Shown here: one piece after another, positions 46,412 to 53,865 of the stretch | Layout: each line of letters starts with the position of its first letter | Position numbering within the stretch: the first letter of the stretch is position 1 | Virus record (IMG/VR): IMGVR_UViG_3300032282_004842 | Location: 1 to 53,865 of that record | Strand: one strand, 5' to 3' | DNA: 53,865 nucleotides | From: a virus | Taxonomy: Duplodnaviria > Caudoviricetes | Translations under genes and position numbers: made by a program | Notes under the pieces: model-generated | What the model saw: only the letters and a program-made list of their open reading frames with translations | The model's database searches: none | Told to the model about the DNA's origin: nothing

Positions 46412-47190
46412 TGAAAAACATAACAGTAATATTACCAATCCATTTATGGGATGAGGATTATAAAATAATGTTCAAAAATGCTGTAGAATCAGTTGAACAA
46501 TTTTATAATGATGTTAAATTAATAGTAATAGCACCAAAACAAATTTCATCAGATATTCAAATTGAAACTGATAAATTGGAATATAAAATTATCACCAATA
46601 AATCTCTAACAGACTTCTGTAGTCAAGTTAATTTAGGTATTGAAAATTGTGATACTGAATGGTTCTCAATATTGGAGGTTGACGATGAATATCAGAAAGG
46701 ATGGTTAAACTCAATGAATGTATACAGAAACGAAAATTCAAATGTTGATGTTTTTTTACCAATCGTTAGAGATATCAATGTTGAAGGTAAATTTTTAAGT
46801 TTCACAAATGAAGCCACTTGGGCTTATGGTTTTACAGAGAAACAAGGTTTATTAGATAATGAAGCACTTTTAGAATATCAAAATTTTCAAATTAGTGGTG
46901 GTCTATATAAAACATCAACAATTAAAGAATACGGTTCACTAAAAGAGAATATCAAATTAACTTTTGGATATGAATTTTTACTTAGATTAACACATAATAA
47001 TGTCGCAATTATGACCGTACCTAAAATTGGGTATCAACATGTTAATTTCAGAGAAGATTCTTTGTTTTGGTCATACAAAAACTCAGAGAAAACCAAAATG
47101 TCAGCGGATGAGGTTAAATTTTGGTTAGAAACAGCAAAAAAAGAATTTTTCTTTAAAAATAAAAGAGACATAAACTATGTAGAGAACTAA
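46411..47190 (+). CDS. Glycosyltransferase family 2 (GT-A fold)
   Basis: ITVILPIH, AVESV..., VNLGIENCDTEWFSILEVDD, YEFLLRL. Confidence 0.8.
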   Translation: MKNITVILPIHLWDEDYKIMFKNAVESVEQFYNDVKLIVIAPKQISSDIQIETDKLEYKIITNKSLTDFCSQVNLGIENCDTEWFSILEVDDEYQKGWLNSMNVYRNENSNVDVFLPIVRDINVEGKFLSFTNEATWAYGFTEKQGLLDNEALLEYQNFQISGGLYKTSTIKEYGSLKENIKLTFGYEFLLRLTHNNVAIMTVPKIGYQHVNFREDSLFWSYKNSEKTKMSADEVKFWLETAKKEFFFKNKRDINYVEN

Positions 47191-47193
47191 AAT

Positions 47194-47892
47194 ATGCCGC
47201 GCAAGAGAACCCAAAAAATTTATTTTGGGGAGGAGCAAGAACAAGCGGTTGTACGATACTTAGAATCTGAATCCGAAATAGAAAAGAACAAGATATTCAA
47301 TGAATATTTAAAAGAACCTCTCATAATAATGGTCGAAAGTATAATTCGACGTTACAAACTTTACAGGAAGGATTTTGATTTTAACGAAGTCCATACTGAT
47401 ACTATGTCATTTTTAATAACAAAAATTAATAAATTTGACCATACAAAAAATACTAAAGCATATTCATATTTTGGTACTATTTGTAAAAATTATCTAATGG
47501 GAGCAATCCAGAAAGATACTAAAGAAACAAATAGAAGTATTTCATATGATGATATTTCTTCAGATTTGGAGGAGAGTTTAAATCACTCATATATCATTGA
47601 TGAAGTTCACGTTGATTATAAAGATGTTGTTATCAAATTTATAATGCAAATGGAAGAATTCATGGAAAACAATGAATTAACTGAAAATGAACAAAAACTA
47701 GGGTATGCACTAATTGAGGTCTTTAGTAATTTTGAAAAAATCTTCCAAGTTGGAGACGGTAATAAATTTAATAAAAACTTGATTTTATTGTCTTTACGTG
47801 AAATGACATCATTATCAACTAAAGAAATACGAGTATCATTGAAAAAGTTTAAAAAAGTTTATGAAAGTATCATGGTAGGATTCATAAATTAA
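47194..47892 (+). CDS. Phage sigma factor, T4 gp55-like (late transcription)
   Basis: KINKFDHTKNTKAYSYFGTICKNYL resembles sigma region 2.3-2.4 of gp55-like proteins. Confidence 0.7.
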   Translation: MPRKRTQKIYFGEEQEQAVVRYLESESEIEKNKIFNEYLKEPLIIMVESIIRRYKLYRKDFDFNEVHTDTMSFLITKINKFDHTKNTKAYSYFGTICKNYLMGAIQKDTKETNRSISYDDISSDLEESLNHSYIIDEVHVDYKDVVIKFIMQMEEFMENNELTENEQKLGYALIEVFSNFEKIFQVGDGNKFNKNLILLSLREMTSLSTKEIRVSLKKFKKVYESIMVGFIN

Positions 47893-47912
47893 AAATATAC
47901 CTATTTATAGAT

Positions 47913-48290
47913 ATGAGAGAAAGAAAAAACTTAATATCGCTCGATACAGATTCAGCCTTAGCATTGATGCAAGAAATCTACAATGATATTGTAGAACAAA
48001 AAAATACTGCATCCATGATTACTAAGAAAATGTTGACCTTTATGAAGGACGCTGAGGATATGAGTGTTATCGGACCTGTCATTAAAGAACAACAAAAAAT
48101 TCTAAACGATTGTACCGAAAAGAAAATTTCATTAGTTAAATTACAAAGTGCTTTATTAAAACAAACCCAAGGTGCTGGAAACAGTAGTTCAGGTGGTAAA
48201 CTTCAATTAACCGATGAGGATAGGAGCATATTAGCAAAACTAATGGATGAACCCGACGTAGAATCAAAAGAAGGAACATATAAAGTCTAA
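47913..48290 (+). CDS. Hypothetical helical protein
   Basis: 125-aa ORF directly after a CTATTTATAG motif. Confidence 0.65.
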   Translation: MRERKNLISLDTDSALALMQEIYNDIVEQKNTASMITKKMLTFMKDAEDMSVIGPVIKEQQKILNDCTEKKISLVKLQSALLKQTQGAGNSSSGGKLQLTDEDRSILAKLMDEPDVESKEGTYKV

Positions 48291-50197
48291 TGGCTAATTT
48301 AAAAAAAACAAAAAGAAAGTTACAATCTAAAATTGAGGCAATCAAAAAAATTAATGATAACCCTCAAGAAAGTTTTGATGACGTTTCAGATAAATACCTC
48401 AATAATATACCTGACATAAACAGCGTTGTCGGTAAAAAAATTGATGCCCTTAATAAAAAGATAAACAAAAAGAAACAAAATTTCAAAGATATTTTTTCCG
48501 ATATGCTCGATATCGTAGAACAATTTATGGGGTCGGAAAAAAATTCTAAAGATAATATAAAACAATCAGATAATAGTACAAAACAAAAAATCAAGAAGCA
48601 TGCAATAGCTGCAATGGAAATTACTTTAAACTCAGCAAAGGAAATTGCGGTTAAAAATATATCTGAATCTCTTTTTATGGGTGAAGGTATTTGTGGAACA
48701 GAATCCGTTTTTTCGGGAGATACGATAACATTAAAACCGGAAGAATTTGATTTTTTAGACTCATTAACAATTGACCCCGATAGTAGCTGTGGTAAAATAA
48801 TATACGAACCTAAAACTCCCGATATTAATAAAGAAAAAGTTAATAGGAATCTTTATAATGCTTTCGGTGGAACTCCATATACATTTACTTCAAATAACGG
48901 TAAAGATTTATTTACGGCAACATGGGATAGTGGAAATCAAAGATATGATATCACGGGATTAACACAAGGAGCACCTGGAGTAACAAAAGTACAAGATTTT
49001 ATATCTGATTATTATTCTTCAATGGAATTTCCGGACATAAATCACATTATTAAAACTTCAATGTTACTCACAATACAAGGTGGGTCACAATTTGGAGATT
49101 CAAAAAAGTTTAATCTATCATTGGATAAAGTAATGAGATTACTTAAAAAACTAATGTCAATTTGTAATGCACCACAAAATACCAACCAAGTAAATGCTAT
49201 CAATATGTTCGATGAAACAGATGAAGACGTTGAATTTTATTTTGATTTTGATGACGTGGAAGGTATTGATTTAGACGATGAAGATGCAAGATATCGTAAA
49301 GTTTTAAGATTTAAAGATTGTTATAATTTTGAGGTACCTGTCGACACCGACCACATTAAGGATTTTATTTATTTAACAAAAAATAAAAACCCAAAACTTG
49401 CCGTTGATGAAATTTTAAACAAAGTGGCATTAGATGCCACCCAACAATCCGATAGTGGATTATCGATTAATGATTTTTTAAATAATCTTTTAAATAATTT
49501 TATTTTAAGTTTACCGAAGGCGTTAATGATAACAATATTATCCGGTAAATTGTTTTTACCATTGGTTATCTTATATAAGAAGTTTAAATCAATTATAGGT
49601 AGTATTGATATAAAAGAATTGGCAAAGAAATTTTATAAGGCGATAACTAAAACAGTAAAAGAATTATTTTGGTTGTTCATTAGAGAATTTTGGAAATTAA
49701 TAAAAAGTGATTTATTGGCATTTGTGTCTAAATTAGTAAAAAAAATAATAAAAAATAAATACAAAAGATACCTTATAATTATTACGTCATTAATTGCACT
49801 ACTTAAAAAGATATTGGAAGAGAAAATTGATAACTGTTTTGAATTGTTTCAAACCGTTTTAGGAACATTAAATTCATCATTATCGATGAAAGTACCTATG
49901 AACGTACCTTCCATTTTGTTAACCTTATCTGAGGGATTACCCGGATATAGCCAAGACAGAGCATTTATGAATGTGATGGAAAGATTGGAGGCTGCGGGAG
50001 TACCTACAGGACCTTTATATGGAGAATCAAACGATATTGGTAATTTAATTAAATCTATTATCGATGGTCATACCGAAGAACATGACACAAATGGATTTAT
50101 TAAAACAACAAATTCTCTACCGATTATATCGGGAAATGCTGGTGGACCAATTATAATTCCTCCGGGAATACTTAATATTGTAGGTAAAAGTTTTTAA
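48290..50197 (+). CDS. Hypothetical protein, probably structural (635 aa)
   Basis: Long ORF coupled to its neighbours, upstream of the spike-like gene; amphipathic/hydrophobic helices in the C-terminal third. Confidence 0.6.
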   Translation: MANLKKTKRKLQSKIEAIKKINDNPQESFDDVSDKYLNNIPDINSVVGKKIDALNKKINKKKQNFKDIFSDMLDIVEQFMGSEKNSKDNIKQSDNSTKQKIKKHAIAAMEITLNSAKEIAVKNISESLFMGEGICGTESVFSGDTITLKPEEFDFLDSLTIDPDSSCGKIIYEPKTPDINKEKVNRNLYNAFGGTPYTFTSNNGKDLFTATWDSGNQRYDITGLTQGAPGVTKVQDFISDYYSSMEFPDINHIIKTSMLLTIQGGSQFGDSKKFNLSLDKVMRLLKKLMSICNAPQNTNQVNAINMFDETDEDVEFYFDFDDVEGIDLDDEDARYRKVLRFKDCYNFEVPVDTDHIKDFIYLTKNKNPKLAVDEILNKVALDATQQSDSGLSINDFLNNLLNNFILSLPKALMITILSGKLFLPLVILYKKFKSIIGSIDIKELAKKFYKAITKTVKELFWLFIREFWKLIKSDLLAFVSKLVKKIIKNKYKRYLIIITSLIALLKKILEEKIDNCFELFQTVLGTLNSSLSMKVPMNVPSILLTLSEGLPGYSQDRAFMNVMERLEAAGVPTGPLYGESNDIGNLIKSIIDGHTEEHDTNGFIKTTNSLPIISGNAGGPIIIPPGILNIVGKSF

Positions 50198-50198
50198 T

Positions 50199-50396
50199 AT
50201 GGATAAAGATAAATTTTTTAATATCATTAATGACATAGAAAATAAATCAAATAAAGATTTGTTAGATGTTGAAACTTTTTTATTTCAAGAATTTGAAAAC
50301 ACAAAAAAAATTGCTCTTGAGTTAACCAAACATATGGATATGATAGAAGAAATTTATATAAAAGTAACTAAGGAAATAGAAAAAAGGAAAGTATAA
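50199..50396 (+). CDS. Hypothetical coiled-coil protein (65 aa)
   Basis: Stop overlaps the next start (TAATG). Confidence 0.6.
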   Translation: MDKDKFFNIINDIENKSNKDLLDVETFLFQEFENTKKIALELTKHMDMIEEIYIKVTKEIEKRKV

Positions 50397-51967
50397 TGCA
50401 AATAGTTAAGTTAGCCATATGTATCAACAATAACGACCCGGCGGGTTTAAATAGAATCAGATATATTGATTATACTGATAATGTTGGTGCAAAAGAAAGT
50501 TCTAGAAATTATGAGGATTGGGATGTAAATGACCCATTCATAGCCGGTCCGTTCTTACCAACTAACATGAATCACGTACCTGAAATAAATCAAGCTGTAA
50601 GGATTATTAGGTATAATACTGAAAAAACAACAGTAAATGCTGAGTACATTGCTGGTCCATTTACTACAAACTACGATTTTCAATCACAAACATACGCACA
50701 ACAAACTACAACAACAACCTTTAATCAGGCGGGTAAAAAACCAAAAAATATTTTAAATAAAGATGGTGAATTACCTCCAGATTCAAAAAACGCCTTTGCT
50801 AAAAATAAACATTTTGGTATTGATGGAAAGTACGGTTCTGATGTTATTTTTACTGATAATGGCATAGTGTTAAGAGGAGGTAAACTACTAACTAAGGAGA
50901 GTGCAACCAAAAAAGAAAGAAAGAAAATATCCGATTACCCAATTGTAAGTAAAAAAGTAGCAAAACTACAACTTAAAAAATTTCCACAGAAAAAAGTTCC
51001 AACAAACGAAAAAACCAATAGAGAAGTATTTGAGAATGCAAATTTAAAATATATTATAGAATATAGTGTTAATAGTATTACCAATCCAACTATGTTAGAT
51101 TTTTATGTTAGACAGGTAACATCCCAATATGAATATCTTTTAAAATCAAATTCATTTACTGAATTTACCGTAATACCTTCAGGTACCACAAATCTTTTAA
51201 ATATTGATAATACAACAACAACACCGACTTGGAGTTATGATTTAACCCAAGAATACCCTAACTGGTCATCTTTATCTATTTCTGAAAAAATAAGTGATGT
51301 TTGTTCCGAAATTAGACTAAAATTATTATATATCCAATCGGAGGGTTTAGGTTTGGTTATGCCTGTAGCGGTTCAACAGAAATTCTCTAATCCAGAAAAA
51401 GATTTAAAAGACGTATATCCGTTTTATTTTAGACCAACTAGTGAATTTAGACATAGACCCGTATCAAATGATACTGAAATGAATTTAAAACAATCCATTC
51501 TAAGTGGTGTTAAATTGGGTGGTGAAAAAAGTCCCATAGAATCAGGTTTAGTTTGGTCACAAAAACAATTCAATCCCCCAAGTAATATTGTTACAGAAGA
51601 GATTACAAAATTAAAAACAGACACAGGAACAAGGGAACAAACATTTGGTAGTTTAGTGGGTGATAGATTATATCTTTTATCCATGGATACAAATTTAACG
51701 GGAGTACCCATAGATTTCACTCAATTAGATTCATATGAATACACCCAAGAAGATTATCTTAATAAGATAGACCCAAACACTTACGCATTGGTTAGGGGTG
51801 AGGTTTTATTGGAGTTTTTAAGAGCAATGTATAATGTCTTAACCAGTCATGTTCATAATATTAACAAACCATACGCTCGTGGTGATTATGATGCTCACAA
51901 CATAATGGAAGATTTATTTAACAAATTAGAGAATGACTTATTAAATAAATCGATTAGAACCAACTAA
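50396..51967 (+). CDS. Baseplate central spike protein (gp5/gpV-like)
   Basis: N-terminal OB-fold pattern NNDP.GLNRIR...PFLP....VPEINQAV; C-terminal LVRGE...SHVH (HxH tip motif). Confidence 0.65.
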   Translation: MQIVKLAICINNNDPAGLNRIRYIDYTDNVGAKESSRNYEDWDVNDPFIAGPFLPTNMNHVPEINQAVRIIRYNTEKTTVNAEYIAGPFTTNYDFQSQTYAQQTTTTTFNQAGKKPKNILNKDGELPPDSKNAFAKNKHFGIDGKYGSDVIFTDNGIVLRGGKLLTKESATKKERKKISDYPIVSKKVAKLQLKKFPQKKVPTNEKTNREVFENANLKYIIEYSVNSITNPTMLDFYVRQVTSQYEYLLKSNSFTEFTVIPSGTTNLLNIDNTTTTPTWSYDLTQEYPNWSSLSISEKISDVCSEIRLKLLYIQSEGLGLVMPVAVQQKFSNPEKDLKDVYPFYFRPTSEFRHRPVSNDTEMNLKQSILSGVKLGGEKSPIESGLVWSQKQFNPPSNIVTEEITKLKTDTGTREQTFGSLVGDRLYLLSMDTNLTGVPIDFTQLDSYEYTQEDYLNKIDPNTYALVRGEVLLEFLRAMYNVLTSHVHNINKPYARGDYDAHNIMEDLFNKLENDLLNKSIRTN

Positions 51968-51983
51968 TCCGATATTTATTAAT

Positions 51984-52193
51984 ATGAATGTAATTAAAAG
52001 AAATTGCCCCATATGTAATAAAATTATTACATATTGTAATAAATATGTATATAATAAAGCAATAGAGAACAACTCATCATGTAAATCGTGTTCACAAATA
52101 GGAAGAGAATTTAGTATTATTCATAGAAATAATTTAGGAAAGTCTAAACTGAATAAAAAAATTTTGTTTAGTGAAGAACATAAAAAAAGTTGA
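51984..52193 (+). pseudogene. Truncated zinc-ribbon/NUMOD3 homing-endonuclease remnant
   Basis: CPIC...CKSC followed by FSIIHRNNLG and FSEEHKKS*, no nuclease domain. Confidence 0.55.
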
Positions 52194-52212
52194 ATTAAAA
52201 ATTATTAAATAA

Positions 52213-53580
52213 ATGAGCATCTATAGAAGCTATTTTGAAAAAAACAACACAGTACTTAAAAAATCATATGTAAATACGGCTAAAAACCCCACTACAGAGA
52301 TTTTTTACGGTTCTTTGTATTCTAAATTTATCTTTAAGGTAGATTTAACAGACCTAAAAGATAAAGTAGATAATGGTGACTTAGTTATAGGTGCACAAAC
52401 AAAACATTATCTAAAAATGACCAATACCGTTATTGGTGATAGTAAACTAATCGGTCAAAGTACCGGTTCAGGTAGAAATCGTGCAACATCCTTCGATTTA
52501 ATAGTTTTTGAAGTTCCAGAATTTTGGGATGAAGGAGTTGGATTTGATTATGAGTACACCAATAATGATATGTTGGGTAATAAAACCTATGATACTAGAG
52601 CATCCAATTGGTTTAATAGAATATCAACTAGTGGATGGACAACCGAAGGTGTATATACCGGTAATACGGTTGTTGGTACTATACATTTTGACAACGGTAA
52701 TGAAAATATTAATTTAGATATTACAAATTACGTTAATGGTATTGTTTTATCAGGAAATCCTAATAATGGTTTGGGTATTTCTTTTGATTATCCATACCTA
52801 ACAATGAGTACAGATAATGACCAATCGGTTTCATTCTTTTCAAAATATACGCAGACATTTTTTGAACCCTTCGTTGAAACGGTTTTTAATGACAGAATAG
52901 ATGATAATAGAGAAAGTTTTATTGGGGAAAGACAAAACAATCTTTATTTATATGTCACCAAAGGAACTAATTACTATGATTTAGATAATAACCCGACAGT
53001 TGATATATTAAATTCATCAAGTCTCCCAATTTCAGGTTTAACCGGACTTACAACAACAAAAATTAGAAAAGGTATCTATAAAGTTACATTTGGGATAACC
53101 GGACAACTTTGTGACGGAAAAAGATTTTTTTATGATAAATGGAAGAATCTGACAATTGATGGTGTACAAATAAGTGACGTTATACAAAAATTTGTACCAA
53201 AACCATTTACAAATGGATACACTTTCGGCACAAACCCGACAGATACCAATAAGTTTACATTACAATTCTCCGGCATTAAACAAAATGAAAAAATAAAAAG
53301 AGGAGAATTAAAGAAAATTGTTATAAATCTTAGGTCAATATCACAACTAAGAACTGATTTATATGAAGATGTTTATTATCGTATTTTTGTTAAAGAAGGT
53401 AAAACTAATGTTATCGTTTACGATTGGACTCAGTTTGATTTGACAAATGAAAATTCATTTTATTTAGATACATCATATATGATTCCTAGAGAGTATTTTA
53501 TGGAATTTAAAACTAAAACACATACCGAGGAGATATTTTATGATGAATATGTTAAATTTGAAATAATATCAGAAAAATAA
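52213..53580 (+). CDS. Beta-rich putative virion structural protein (455 aa)
   Basis: SKFIFKVDL..L, WDEGVGFD, ASNW, LDITNYV, NNGLGI, FFSKYT..FFEP. Confidence 0.6.
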   Translation: MSIYRSYFEKNNTVLKKSYVNTAKNPTTEIFYGSLYSKFIFKVDLTDLKDKVDNGDLVIGAQTKHYLKMTNTVIGDSKLIGQSTGSGRNRATSFDLIVFEVPEFWDEGVGFDYEYTNNDMLGNKTYDTRASNWFNRISTSGWTTEGVYTGNTVVGTIHFDNGNENINLDITNYVNGIVLSGNPNNGLGISFDYPYLTMSTDNDQSVSFFSKYTQTFFEPFVETVFNDRIDDNRESFIGERQNNLYLYVTKGTNYYDLDNNPTVDILNSSSLPISGLTGLTTTKIRKGIYKVTFGITGQLCDGKRFFYDKWKNLTIDGVQISDVIQKFVPKPFTNGYTFGTNPTDTNKFTLQFSGIKQNEKIKRGELKKIVINLRSISQLRTDLYEDVYYRIFVKEGKTNVIVYDWTQFDLTNENSFYLDTSYMIPREYFMEFKTKTHTEEIFYDEYVKFEIISEK

Positions 53581-53595
53581 AATTTCTATTTAATT

Positions 53596-53865
53596 ATGAA
53601 AAATTTAATAATAACAGAAAACGAAAGGGAGCGAATTAAAAAACTACATAAAACATATAGTTTTGGTTCAATTTTAACTGAGGCGGTAACACCGGAAATA
53701 CTACAGCAAAAATATGTTGAGACGGGTAAAGTTTTAATGAAAACATTCAAAGAAATAATGGATGTTTCCAATAATAAAATTAATTATGCGTTGTGGTTAA
53801 CCAAAATGGTTGCGGAAAATAATATATTACCCGAAGATGTTTACAAGTATAAAGAATATATTCAA
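53596..53865 (+). CDS. Hypothetical protein (partial) with N-terminal MKNLIITENERERIKKLH..ILTEA tag
   Basis: Open frame from ATG 53596 to the window end. Confidence 0.7.
   Translation, partial: MKNLIITENERERIKKLHKTYSFGSILTEAVTPEILQQKYVETGKVLMKTFKEIMDVSNNKINYALWLTKMVAENNILPEDVYKYKEYIQ

Noticed and set aside
1-53865. Genome-wide stop-codon reassignment (TGA=Gly/Trp or TAG=Gln)
   Set aside because: Genes are intact under code 11; TGA ends the tube gene and others, TAG ends 44498-45103; only polB has an internal stop

Overview
AT-rich (about 30% GC by eye), gene-dense segment of a large contractile-tailed (myovirus/jumbo-type) phage. The host is probably Bacteroidota: Shine-Dalgarno motifs are not evident, a TTTG-N21-TAnnTTTG promoter precedes the DNA polymerase, and there is a DUF4494-like gene. 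The window holds a tail/baseplate/neck module (sheath, tube, tape measure, chaperone, hub, wedge, spike, neck), replication genes (gp32-like SSB, SNF2 helicase with a class-3-type LAGLIDADG intein, family-B polymerase), a nucleotide/sugar cluster (dUTPase, PhoH, three glycosyltransferases, two apparently dead enzymes) and a gp55-like late sigma factor. Best leads: (1) a possible phage-encoded virion glycosylation system (three glycosyltransferases, mucin-like Thr-Pro stalks and a strongly recurring [S/T]-G-x-[T/S] motif in virion proteins); (2) a probable UUU_CGC +1 frameshift in the tail chaperone; (3) a single in-frame TGA in the polymerase exonuclease domain; (4) a late operon with a 14-repeat SDGDEKG protein coupled to a stand-alone WYL protein, plus shared terminal L-x-E tags suggesting head-packaged cargo; (5) a late-promoter motif TATTTAT(A), the reverse complement of the T4 late promoter; (6) a phased CTAG array between a promoter-like and a terminator-like element. 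All calls come from reading motifs by eye; no database search was run.
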